From a virus: a stretch of 64,000 nt of DNA. The stretch's first letter is position 1, and each line of letters starts with the position of its first letter. The position numbers and the translations under genes were made by a program. Positions 16,617 through 25,251 of this stretch are shown piece after piece. The notes beneath the pieces are model-generated. The model searched no databases, was not told the origin of the DNA, and was given only the letters and a program-made list of their open reading frames with translations. The stretch lies in the IMG/VR virus record IMGVR_UViG_3300045284_000065, positions 1 to 64,000 of that record. One strand, written 5' to 3'.

Positions 16617-17542
16617 TTGTTGGCCGGATCGACCGTGAACTGGATGTTGTTGAGATTGCGGCGCTTGGCCTTGTTCACCTTGGGACCGGCAAACGTCTTG
16701 AAACCGCCAAACGACTGATCCAGCGGAAGCTGTGTGCTCCCGCTGCCTGGTTCCACCTTCGTGGAGGGGAACGCCACTGACCCAGCCGAGCGGTTCTCCA
16801 CGCGCTGGCGGGCGTAGTTGTGCGCCAACTCCGATGCGTGCGGATTGGCAAGCACGTCGTCCTCCCAGGTCCGCACCGACTTGCGGGGGACGAGGTGTGA
16901 CTCAGTCGGCCCCTCGGGATTCCGCTCGACATCGATGTTCTGATCGGATTCGACCGTATTGCGATATGGCAGTGCCTGACCTCGTTCCAAGGCCTTCGTC
17001 GCCGTCGTCTCGGGTAGCTCCTCATCAGGATTGCCGTACTTGACCTGCTCCTGGAGGTGGAACCCTGCTGTTCCAAGCGACTCCTTCACCGAGCGGCTGA
17101 CCTCCCAGTCCTCGGCCCCCTGGCGTATCTGGTGGAGGTAGTCGGCGTCGTTGACATCTTTGTCGCTCATCACGCTGGGGTGGACGCCACCTGACATGCG
17201 GAAGGCGTACACGCGGCCGGTGTGGGTCTGCGGTCCCTCTTCCTCGCCATCGTCGTCGTAGCCGTCCTCGGGCGTGCTGGCGTCGTAGTACGACTGGGCC
17301 TGGAGCGGCGAGTGCTTGATGGTGGTAGCGACTGCGTCGAGGCGGTACGAGGCCTGGCCGATCGTGCCGCTGTGGATGGTCGGGGCGTCGCGCCAGTCGT
17401 CACGGAAGGTGGCGTGGTGCTGCAGGGTGCCCGCGGCGGCGTGGTGCTCGTACCACTCGTTCGGCCCCTTCTCCTCAGGGGTGATCGCCCTCTTCGGACC
17501 TGGATCGAAGAGGCGAGGCTGAAGGTTGTCGCTGGCTGCCAT
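16613..17542 (-). CDS. Putative ADP-ribosyltransferase-like protein
   Basis: HHAT...IHSGT...GRVY...YRNTVE...SHLV pattern reminiscent of phage ART folds; tentative. Confidence 0.45.
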   Translation of the reverse strand: MAASDNLQPRLFDPGPKRAITPEEKGPNEWYEHHAAAGTLQHHATFRDDWRDAPTIHSGTIGQASYRLDAVATTIKHSPLQAQSYYDASTPEDGYDDDGEEEGPQTHTGRVYAFRMSGGVHPSVMSDKDVNDADYLHQIRQGAEDWEVSRSVKESLGTAGFHLQEQVKYGNPDEELPETTATKALERGQALPYRNTVESDQNIDVERNPEGPTESHLVPRKSVRTWEDDVLANPHASELAHNYARQRVENRSAGSVAFPSTKVEPGSGSTQLPLDQSFGGFKTFAGPKVNKAKRRNLNNIQFTVDPANK

Positions 17543-17545
17543 CGC

Positions 17546-18124
17546 TCACCGGTTGACTTCCTTGTAGCCGCCCGCCTTGCGCCGTATCTCCACCAGGACG
17601 TAGCTCTGGTAGTAGGGGCACAGGTGGCACAGGTACATCTGGTGGCGACGGGGGATCTGCCGCCGATGACCGTCGTCGTCTCGGTAGTGCGTCTCCCCGA
17701 TCCGCTTGGAGTCGTCCATGAAGTCGGGACAGCCCGTCTCGGTGGTCGGGTTGCCGTGGTCGTTGTAGCAGGCGGTCGCGCCCTCGCGATAGGTGTCGCG
17801 GTCCTCGTACCAACTGCCGGTCGTGTCGTGCAACTCACTGCTGATCTGCTTGACCACGTCCACGGCGTTCCAAGTGTCCTGGTCGATGTTCCAACACTGG
17901 ATCGCCCCGTTGATGAACAGGGCGTCGTCCAGGCCGTGCTGGTGCCGGGTGACGAAGTCTTCCAAGACGGGGTCGTAGGCCGGGACCATCACGGCCAGGT
18001 TGGTGTCGGGGTCCCGGTAGACGTAGTCAGCGCCGTCCTTCCACTCCAGGCGCGCCGGGATGTAGGGGACGCCCGTGGGCACGTCGGGCATCCGCTGCAA
18101 GACCTTGCAGACGTGGCACGTCAC
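17546..18124 (-). CDS. Cys-rich hypothetical phage protein
   Basis: CHVC, C...H...C, YLCHLCP. Confidence 0.7.
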   Translation of the reverse strand: MTCHVCKVLQRMPDVPTGVPYIPARLEWKDGADYVYRDPDTNLAVMVPAYDPVLEDFVTRHQHGLDDALFINGAIQCWNIDQDTWNAVDVVKQISSELHDTTGSWYEDRDTYREGATACYNDHGNPTTETGCPDFMDDSKRIGETHYRDDDGHRRQIPRRHQMYLCHLCPYYQSYVLVEIRRKAGGYKEVNR

Positions 18125-18345
18125 TAAGCGTGGGATGAGATACTCCTTCGGCGCATATGGTCGATCAAGGTGCTCCAGCCCTCGTCGGACACCGGGTTCA
18201 GGCCCGCCATCTTCGTGTAGTGGTCGCGGACGGAGGGGTGCATTCGTTCCAAGTGTTCTGGTGTGATCGACCGACTCTGGAAGTGGGTGACCAGGTGGAG
18301 CATCGCCCCGGAAGGATCGTAGGGGCCAAACTTGTCGGCCATCAC
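18124..18345 (-). CDS. Hypothetical protein
   Basis: Coupled ORF. Confidence 0.55.
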   Translation of the reverse strand: MMADKFGPYDPSGAMLHLVTHFQSRSITPEHLERMHPSVRDHYTKMAGLNPVSDEGWSTLIDHMRRRSISSHA

Positions 18346-18554
18346 CGCACCTTCGCGTAGGTGTTCTTCTGGCGCTTCAACTCGCCGTTCTTCTCGTAGT
18401 GGCCGGTGGAGCAGGTACGGCCCTCACCATCCTCACTACGCCGGAAGTTCTTGCGGCTGGCGGACTGATAGCCGCATTCAGCGCAGCAGAACGGCTCTGG
18501 AGGCTCAACACCCGACCCGATGAGGAAGGCGTCGAAGCGCCGCTTCTCGGTCAT
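18342..18554 (-). CDS. Small zinc-binding protein
   Basis: CAECG...C...H. Confidence 0.6.
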   Translation of the reverse strand: MTEKRRFDAFLIGSGVEPPEPFCCAECGYQSASRKNFRRSEDGEGRTCSTGHYEKNGELKRQKNTYAKVR

Positions 18555-18557
18555 GGC

Positions 18558-18809
18558 CTAGTAGCGGAGGTCGCCGCTGGGGTCCTGGTCGCCGTTGCGG
18601 GCCTCACGGGGCATACCGGCGCGAGCGAGGTGGGCTTCGATGAACGGCGGGTCGACATGCAACTCGACCTGCCGGAACGTCGGCCAGGTCATGCGGTCGC
18701 GCGGCGGGATCTCGACGTTGCCCCGATTGGGGACCAGGGCCTGGTAGGTGTTGTCGATGACCCCCTGGTGGAAGTCAGCGGTCATGCTGCGTTCGCTGTT
18801 GACGGCCAT
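18558..18809 (-). CDS. Hypothetical protein
   Basis: TAAGGAG RBS before MAVNSERS. Confidence 0.7.
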   Translation of the reverse strand: MAVNSERSMTADFHQGVIDNTYQALVPNRGNVEIPPRDRMTWPTFRQVELHVDPPFIEAHLARAGMPREARNGDQDPSGDLRY

Positions 18810-18820
18810 TGGATATCTCC

Positions 18821-19234
18821 TTATCCGGCGGGGTTGGGTGAAGCGGTGAAGCCTCGGAGCGTCCCCGACCACATGTCCTCGATGGTGTCGACGCGGCGCG
18901 GCTGGCGCGGGATGCCTGAGAACCAGCTGCGGTACTGGGGGGACCAGCGGTCGGTTTCGAGGACATCATCAATGGTCAGGGCCATGTGGTCAGTCAGCCC
19001 CTCGGTCTGCGGGAACAGCTGCTGTGGCACGACTGGCCTGATCATGCGGATCTCCTCGGCTGGTACAGCCATCAACCGCAGTGCCTCCGAGACGACGAAC
19101 TCGTTCTTGGTGGCGAAAGGGCGGGGTTGCCAAGGATTCTCTCGGACCCCGTCCTCGTAGACCTGGGCACCGGAGGCGTAGCCGCTCGCAACCGCGGTGG
19201 GGTCGAAGACCTCCCTATCGACGCGAACGGCCAC
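18821..19234 (-). CDS. Hypothetical protein
   Basis: ORF track; typical codon usage. Confidence 0.7.
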   Translation of the reverse strand: MAVRVDREVFDPTAVASGYASGAQVYEDGVRENPWQPRPFATKNEFVVSEALRLMAVPAEEIRMIRPVVPQQLFPQTEGLTDHMALTIDDVLETDRWSPQYRSWFSGIPRQPRRVDTIEDMWSGTLRGFTASPNPAG

Positions 19235-19248
19235 CCATCATCTCCGTC

Positions 19249-19458
19249 TCAGTCGTCGTCGCGAGGCGACGCCTCGCCGCTGCCGACCTCGTTGCCCTCG
19301 GCGTCGAAGGTGACGATCTCGCCATCGACTACGGCCTGCCCGCCCACCGAAGCTTCGTTGCCGGGAATGTAGCCCGCTGGGACGACGACGTTCTCTTCCT
19401 CGAAGTCCTCGTTGGTCGCAGCAGTGCCCTTGGCCTTGGTGTCATCGGTCTCGCTCAC
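19249..19458 (-). CDS. Small acidic protein
   Basis: AAAGGAG RBS. Confidence 0.65.
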   Translation of the reverse strand: MSETDDTKAKGTAATNEDFEEENVVVPAGYIPGNEASVGGQAVVDGEIVTFDAEGNEVGSGEASPRDDD

Positions 19459-19506
19459 GGAGACTCCTTTCGATCAGTTGGTCGAACGAACGGTATCACT
19501 CAGGCC

Positions 19507-19770
19507 CTAAGCGCCCTTGGCCTTCCCCTCCACATCGGTCACCTGCCGCTGCACCCGCCAGTTGAAGATGTTCTCGATGGGGAGCACGCCGACCATCACC
19601 ATGCCGACAGCGAGTTGACCGAGGCGTTCCTCGGGGTTGACGAGGGCGTTGCCGATGACCCAGCATCCGAGGCCGAACACGACGAATCGACGGACGAACG
19701 TGAAGACGATCTCAACAACACCGGCTGTGGTCAGCCGTTCAACAGGCTCGTCCACGTCTTCTGCCCGCAC
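19507..19770 (-). CDS. Holin-like 2-TM protein
   Basis: Two TM segments, directly downstream of endolysin. Confidence 0.55.
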   Translation of the reverse strand: MRAEDVDEPVERLTTAGVVEIVFTFVRRFVVFGLGCWVIGNALVNPEERLGQLAVGMVMVGVLPIENIFNWRVQRQVTDVEGKAKGA

Positions 19771-21467
19771 TGGCCGTCAGCAGTCAGCCCCTTAGCAGTC
19801 TGGAACTTCTTGAGCGCGCTCTCGGTACCACTACCGAACACCCCATCGAAGTTGGCCCGGTTGGAGGGGTCCATCTGGCCGTTGGCCGAGAGCATGCGCT
19901 GCATGCGCTGCACGTCCATGCCTGTGTTGCCCTTGACGAGGTTGGGGATGCCGTTGCCCGCCTCCATGAACCAGTCCCAGCAGTCGCGGTCGCACACGCC
20001 GTCCTGCTGGGCACCCTTGGTGGCGAGGAAGCGGTTGAGGGCGCTCTCGGTACCCGATCCGAAGACGCCGTCGAAGTTCCCCATGTTGGCCGGGTCCATC
20101 TGGCCCGACAGAGCGAGGAAGTGCTGCATCCGCTTGACCGGCACGCCCTGCGCGCCCTTCTTCAGCACGGGCATCTTGTTCATCAGGTCAGTGGCCCAGT
20201 TGGTGGTGGGTGGCGGTGTCGTGATCGGTGGCGGTGTCGTGACGGGAGGTGGAGTCGTGGTCGGGGGCGCTGGGAGCACCCACTTCTGCGGCGGCGGTGA
20301 CCCGGCCTTGATCCATGCGCTGACGCTGTGCGGGAACTCGGTGAACTGGAAGTGCCACACCTCCCCACCCCAGGTGGCCTGTTCGAGGCCGAACCGCTCA
20401 CAGTTGAGCGCCGCCCACTTCAGGTCACCGACCGCATCGACCGCAGCGGACCAGCCCTGGACGATGTTCTCATGGAAGGAGCGCAGCGGTGGTGCGGCGT
20501 GGGCCGCACCCTTCTTCAGCTGGTAGCGCTTGCCCTGCCAGATGCAGCAGCCCCCCGAGGTCACGGTGTAGTGACGGTCGAGGAACACCGCCTGCTGCTG
20601 GGCCGTGGAGCGACCCGCACCACCGATGCCGAGCTTGCCCTCGCTGGCGATCATCAGCGCCTGCCAGCGATTCTTGAACTCGGGGTGGAGCATCTTGACT
20701 GACGACCGAGCGAAGACCTCTTCGATGGTCCGCTGCGTTGGCGGGCTGTTGTATCCGTCCGGGTAGGTCGTCGCCACTGTCGTCTCCTTGTTCCAAAGGG
20801 TGAACCAGTTGCCGAGCACGGCGGGGTCACCGCGGTAGGCGTTCATGTCGAGTGCCTTGTTGCCCCAGGTGACCTGGCAGCTGAACTGCAGGAGCACCGG
20901 AGTGAGTCCTCCGTACGCCTTCCAGTCAGCGCTGGCGTCGCCGCCGCGAGCTTGGTACACCTGGCTGGCCGAGCCGGTGGGCCAGGGCTTGGCTCCGTAC
21001 TCCGCAGAGACGAGGTCGAAGCCCGACCCGGCCATGTTCGGCTTGCCCTGCTCTGCCCAATACCAGTCGGGTGCGTAGATCAGCTTCACCTTGTGCCCGA
21101 GGTTGCGGATCTCCGTCGTCACGGCGAGCACGTCGGCCCATGTCGGCACCTGGGGCTGGCCCGGTGGGTGGCAGTTGTCGTCGTTGTCCCGCTCCCAGTC
21201 GATCATGCAGTTGACCGACGAGTCAGCGCCGACACCCTCATGGAAGGCGACGGCCTGTGTCTTGGCCGGGTGAGAGTTGACGGGGTAGACGTAGTGATAC
21301 GCCGCTGTCGGGATGTCGTGGTCCCGATACCACTTGATGGCGGTCAGCGCCGTGGTGTCGATCATCTGACCGATGGAGGCCCGTGTGATACCGAACCCGA
21401 TGCCGTGAGGATCAGGTGGTACTAGGCCCTTCTGATACTGGGAGACATCGGGGCCGAAGACGGTCAT
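19731..21467 (-). CDS. Endolysin: GH25 muramidase + M15-type zinc peptidase + 2 peptidoglycan-binding domains
   Basis: GPDVSQYQ, IDWE, LDMN; GRS...SFH...AVD...EVWH; P/T linker; two (LxKG..G..V..MQ..L...FDGVFGSGTESAL) repeats. Confidence 0.85.
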   Translation of the reverse strand: MTVFGPDVSQYQKGLVPPDPHGIGFGITRASIGQMIDTTALTAIKWYRDHDIPTAAYHYVYPVNSHPAKTQAVAFHEGVGADSSVNCMIDWERDNDDNCHPPGQPQVPTWADVLAVTTEIRNLGHKVKLIYAPDWYWAEQGKPNMAGSGFDLVSAEYGAKPWPTGSASQVYQARGGDASADWKAYGGLTPVLLQFSCQVTWGNKALDMNAYRGDPAVLGNWFTLWNKETTVATTYPDGYNSPPTQRTIEEVFARSSVKMLHPEFKNRWQALMIASEGKLGIGGAGRSTAQQQAVFLDRHYTVTSGGCCIWQGKRYQLKKGAAHAAPPLRSFHENIVQGWSAAVDAVGDLKWAALNCERFGLEQATWGGEVWHFQFTEFPHSVSAWIKAGSPPPQKWVLPAPPTTTPPPVTTPPPITTPPPTTNWATDLMNKMPVLKKGAQGVPVKRMQHFLALSGQMDPANMGNFDGVFGSGTESALNRFLATKGAQQDGVCDRDCWDWFMEAGNGIPNLVKGNTGMDVQRMQRMLSANGQMDPSNRANFDGVFGSGTESALKKFQTAKGLTADGQCGQKTWTSLLNG

Positions 21468-21565
21468 CAGGACTCGTCGGGTTCCTCGGGGTCGTAGGGG
21501 TCGGTGACGTTCTCGTCGGGAACTTCACCCTCATCGACGGTGTCGCCGTCTGGTGCATCACTCAT
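21467..21565 (-). CDS. 32-aa acidic peptide
   Basis: MSDAPDGDTVDEGE...; TAAGGTG RBS; TGATG coupling to endolysin. Confidence 0.5.
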   Translation of the reverse strand: MSDAPDGDTVDEGEVPDENVTDPYDPEEPDES

Positions 21566-21574
21566 GGCCCCACC

Positions 21575-21772
21575 TTACGAGGTGGGTGCATCGGGGTGGC
21601 GGTATTGCTCCTGCTGACGCATGTTGCGGAGCATCCGGCTCTCCGGCGCAGGTGTGCCCTGCCCGTATCGCATACGGCGATATGAAACGTTCTCGGCTAC
21701 ACGACGCTCCGGTTCCCTCGACCAGTTCCGGGTCATAGCCCGGTGATGCTGGGGGTGGAGCGGGACGCTCAC
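21575..21772 (-). CDS. Hypothetical protein
   Basis: GTGA coupling. Confidence 0.5.
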   Translation of the reverse strand: MSVPLHPQHHRAMTRNWSREPERRVAENVSYRRMRYGQGTPAPESRMLRNMRQQEQYRHPDAPTS

Positions 21773-22398
21773 TTCTTGCGCGTCTTCGCCAGACCACTAC
21801 CGAGAGGTTGTCCCATCGGCATGGGCTTTAGCTGCCCCATCCCCGGCTGCAGCTTGCCCGGTGTCGGCAGCGTCGGCATCGGCAGCGGCTTGATCTGCTT
21901 GGGAGCGCTACCGAGCGGGTGCATGTTGGGACCACCGCCGATGGGCTGGAAGCCACCGCTCATGCCACCACCCTTGACGGGGCGGGGGTTCATGATGCCG
22001 CCACCGGAGTTCATCCCAGGAGTGGGCCGCGGGTTCATGATGCCGCCGCCTGGGTTGATCCCGCTGCCGTCGTACCCTCCTCGCGGCTGCTTCGGCACAC
22101 CACCGGGAGTGCCACCGTTACGTGGATATCCACCCGGTGGGATCATGCCACCGGGCTGACCGACACCGCCCTGGCCAACGGTGGGCATGTGCGACACGAA
22201 GCCACCACCTGGCTGAAGATCGCCGCCCATGCCGCCACCCTTCGGGGGCAGCTGACGCGGATCCATGATCGGCCCGCTGGGGCCAGGTGTCTGCATCGGC
22301 CCGCCCATCCGGGTGTTCGGTCGGCTCTGGAAGTGCTGGGTCGGATCCTGCTTGAACGTGGACTTCATCCCGTACGAAGCTCCGAGGCTCTCTGGCAT
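21769..22398 (-). CDS. G/P/M/Q-rich disordered protein
   Basis: Repeated GGGIMNPRP; GGAGG RBS. Confidence 0.7.
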   Translation of the reverse strand: MPESLGASYGMKSTFKQDPTQHFQSRPNTRMGGPMQTPGPSGPIMDPRQLPPKGGGMGGDLQPGGGFVSHMPTVGQGGVGQPGGMIPPGGYPRNGGTPGGVPKQPRGGYDGSGINPGGGIMNPRPTPGMNSGGGIMNPRPVKGGGMSGGFQPIGGGPNMHPLGSAPKQIKPLPMPTLPTPGKLQPGMGQLKPMPMGQPLGSGLAKTRKK

Positions 22399-22401
22399 GG
22401 C

Positions 22402-22962
22402 TTACCTCCCTGGATATGGCACGGCCATACCTGGATTAGAACGGATGCCCCACGGTGGGGCTTGAGAGAGCAGAGCGGGCCGACGATCGGGACCGCCAGG
22501 TGCGCCACCAGTGGCCGCATTGCGGTTGCCGGTCGGAACACTACGAGGACCGACGTTGCGTCGATCGGTGGGGTAGCGCTCGTCCTGGAGGAACTGGCCG
22601 ATGCCAGGCGGGAAGAACTTGATGCCCGCCGCCTGGTACTGCAGCCCGGTCCACAGGTTGAACTCGGCGGGCCACTGGTAGTCGGTCGGGTCGATGCGCT
22701 CGCCCTTGTGGACACCACGCGTGTAGGGCTTGTTGGTGCGGGCCTTCAGCCCATCCATCAACCGATCGCCGCGCCTCGACGGCACGGTACCGAGATATCC
22801 ATCCGGGTAGGTGGCCTCTGGCGTGCGCCGCCAGTACATGCGGAGGTTGTCGAGTTCGTCGTGCCCGCGCGGTGCAGGCCCGAACGTCTCAGCGACGCGG
22901 AAGGGTGCCGTGCCTCCTGGGTACTGGTTGTTCCGGTACCAGTCTTGGTAGGACTGGGTCAC
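22402..22962 (-). CDS. Hypothetical phage protein
   Basis: YPDGYLGT...RGVHKGERID core. Confidence 0.75.
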   Translation of the reverse strand: MTQSYQDWYRNNQYPGGTAPFRVAETFGPAPRGHDELDNLRMYWRRTPEATYPDGYLGTVPSRRGDRLMDGLKARTNKPYTRGVHKGERIDPTDYQWPAEFNLWTGLQYQAAGIKFFPPGIGQFLQDERYPTDRRNVGPRSVPTGNRNAATGGAPGGPDRRPALLSQAPPWGIRSNPGMAVPYPGR

Positions 22963-23690
22963 CGCGTCTGCGGCAGCGACTGGTCACTGCCCAGGTTCAG
23001 CTGCTGACCCGGCATGATCAGGTTCGGATCGCCGCCGATCACGCCCTGGTTGGCGTCGTAGATCTGATGCCAGTTCTGCCCACTGCCCGTCGTCCGTTCA
23101 GCGATGTCCCACAGTGTGTCACCGGCTTGAACGGTGTACGGGGCGAACTGAGCGGGCTGTGTTGCCATGGGAGCACCTCCGGGTGGTAGCGATGAGGGAG
23201 CGTTCGCGGATGACTTGGGTGCTCCAGCCGAAACGGTGTACGGAGCGGAGGTGTTCGTCGCCCCGCCTGTCCCCCGCACTCCGCCAGCCGTGAGAGGTGG
23301 GGTGGCGTGGCCTGGGGTGGCCCTGGTGCCGTTGCCAAGGCCGTTGGGCGTACCGGCACCGAACATGCCGTTCGAGCCGCCCTTGCCACCACCGAGGCCG
23401 CTCGCACTGCCAGCAGCAGCGCCACCCCACCCAGGTATCCCGGCCTGGCCGACAGAACGAGGGCTGGAGGCCATAGCACCACCCGTACCGGACAGGCCCC
23501 CGATGTACGCCCCCCGCATGTCGGGGGAGGTCGGCCGACCCGACGCCATGAACGACGCCAGGTCCTCTGGCGAGTTCATGTCACCAGGAGGTGGGCCGGG
23601 AGGGCGAGGGTTCCCTGCGCCCTTCGGGAATGCTCCGCGACTGACCTGCCGATTGGGATGGTAGGCGGTGTTCAATCCTCGGGCCATCAC
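22959..23690 (-). CDS. Disordered Gly-rich protein with C-terminal LysM domain
   Basis: YTVQAGDTLWDIAER...IYDAN...PNLIMPGQQLNL. Confidence 0.85.
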   Translation of the reverse strand: MMARGLNTAYHPNRQVSRGAFPKGAGNPRPPGPPPGDMNSPEDLASFMASGRPTSPDMRGAYIGGLSGTGGAMASSPRSVGQAGIPGWGGAAAGSASGLGGGKGGSNGMFGAGTPNGLGNGTRATPGHATPPLTAGGVRGTGGATNTSAPYTVSAGAPKSSANAPSSLPPGGAPMATQPAQFAPYTVQAGDTLWDIAERTTGSGQNWHQIYDANQGVIGGDPNLIMPGQQLNLGSDQSLPQTR

Positions 23691-24025
23691 TCCTCTTTCC
23701 TACGTCGTGGGAGTCGCCCACCAACACTACGCGCCCAGGCATCACCCGAATCTGTGCGATCGGCTGAGTGGGCAGGCTTGACGATGCTGGGGTTCTCCGC
23801 AGCCAGGCGATGTCCTTCGTTCCATAGCGCCGTACCGATACCCCGACGAGGTTCCAAGGACTGGATGTAGTGGACGCCCTTGTGACTCCAGGACATGTGG
23901 CCGACCTCGCTGCCGCCGCGGGTGGCTGTCACCTTGTGCTGATCGAATGAGATACCGCTCTCTGAGGGTGGGTAGTGCTTGTACTCGAACTGCACATCAC
24001 TCAGGCTCTCATGAGCGGCCATCAC
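23687..24025 (-). CDS. GNAT-family acetyltransferase-like protein
   Basis: Motif A RRGIGTALW; HS..RTDSGDAWA. Confidence 0.65.
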   Translation of the reverse strand: MMAAHESLSDVQFEYKHYPPSESGISFDQHKVTATRGGSEVGHMSWSHKGVHYIQSLEPRRGIGTALWNEGHRLAAENPSIVKPAHSADRTDSGDAWARSVGGRLPRRRKEE

Positions 24026-24261
24026 TACGAGGTTACGTCAGCCAGTACCTCCGGGTGGGGTACCTCCCCGTTGGACTCGGGGCGCACCTGCTGGGCATCA
24101 GCCTGGAGTTCCTGCACGATCGCCAGCAACTCCAGGTTCTCCCCGAGCAGGGTGATGATGCGCTGACTCATCTGGTCCTTGACGAACTGGCCGCGCTTGA
24201 TGAAGCGGATGAGGTCTTCCTTGCTGAAGTCCTCCAGCTGCTGCTGTTGCGTGTCACTCAC
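24025..24261 (-). CDS. Small coiled-coil protein
   Basis: GAGGAG RBS. Confidence 0.65.
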   Translation of the reverse strand: MSDTQQQQLEDFSKEDLIRFIKRGQFVKDQMSQRIITLLGENLELLAIVQELQADAQQVRPESNGEVPHPEVLADVTS

Positions 24262-24533
24262 GGGTTCTCCTCTGCGCTGATGGCCTGCACCGCTGACAGG
24301 ATCTGAGCGTCGGTGATCACAGCGGGGTCGTTGCCGGGACGCTCGACGTTGTTGGCGAGAGCGTAGGTGTAGGCGTCAGCGAAGCCGGGAGCCGCTGCGA
24401 TCCACCAGATGTGCTCCGCAGCCCACGTCATGGGCTGATGGGTGTGCGGTATCTCCACCGCAGCGCACGCTGCGACGCGGTCGCGGAAGTCGGTATCGGC
24501 AGCGAGGAGAGCTTGCGCTGAGTAACTCATCAC
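24258..24533 (-). CDS. Hypothetical protein (tail-associated)
   Basis: AAGGA RBS; ITDAQILSAVQ; follows fibre genes. Confidence 0.7.
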   Translation of the reverse strand: MMSYSAQALLAADTDFRDRVAACAAVEIPHTHQPMTWAAEHIWWIAAAPGFADAYTYALANNVERPGNDPAVITDAQILSAVQAISAEENP

Positions 24534-24540
24534 AGTCCTT

Positions 24541-25251
24541 TCATGGTGGTGGAACGAGGGTGAGGACGGGTGAGCTAGCGGTGAGGACGTTCACCGTGTG
24601 TCCCGAGGTGGTGACGAACGACGTGGCAGTAGCAAGGACGCCCTTCAGGTCAGCCTCGGTGTGCATCTCAAATAGCGTGGTCGTGGCGTTCTGGATCTTC
24701 AGGTCACTGATCAACCCATTGAGTCCAAGCGCCGAACCAAAGTAGCGGTTACCGACACCCAGGGCAGCGGACCCGGCATCAACTGTCGTGACCCCTCCCG
24801 TAGTGATCGTCTCGAAAGCTGTCCAGGTCTGCCCATCCACCGATGTCTCATGGATGACGGCGTTCTGGCTGGAGCCGTTGTCCACGTCGAGCGTCGTGCG
24901 GAGCCAGCCCCACGCACCCGAGCCGAAGGGCCAGGCAGCGACCGTGGTCTTGGTGATCGTCACCGCTGCCGACGACCAGATCAACACGACGTGAGCAGTG
25001 GCGTCGAAGCGCCAGATGAATCGGTTGGTACCACCACCGGACACCACCCAGCGCTCGCAGATCTCTCGGGTACCCGAACCAGGCACGGTGTTGAGGGCGA
25101 CGCGTGCGGTGAGGATCAGGTCGTTGATGACGGGGTTGTCATCAGGCACCTGACGCAGTGCGTTCGATGCGATCGCCGGGACGCTGATCCATCCGAGTGG
25201 CGCACCTCTACGGGTCTGCGCCGAGGCCATGACTCCAAGCGGCACCGGCAT
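24541..25251 (-). CDS. Single LamG/ConA-like beta-sandwich tail protein
   Basis: PLGVMAS start; resembles the repeats of the 2046-aa protein. Confidence 0.65.
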   Translation of the reverse strand: MPVPLGVMASAQTRRGAPLGWISVPAIASNALRQVPDDNPVINDLILTARVALNTVPGSGTREICERWVVSGGGTNRFIWRFDATAHVVLIWSSAAVTITKTTVAAWPFGSGAWGWLRTTLDVDNGSSQNAVIHETSVDGQTWTAFETITTGGVTTVDAGSAALGVGNRYFGSALGLNGLISDLKIQNATTTLFEMHTEADLKGVLATATSFVTTSGHTVNVLTASSPVLTLVPPP

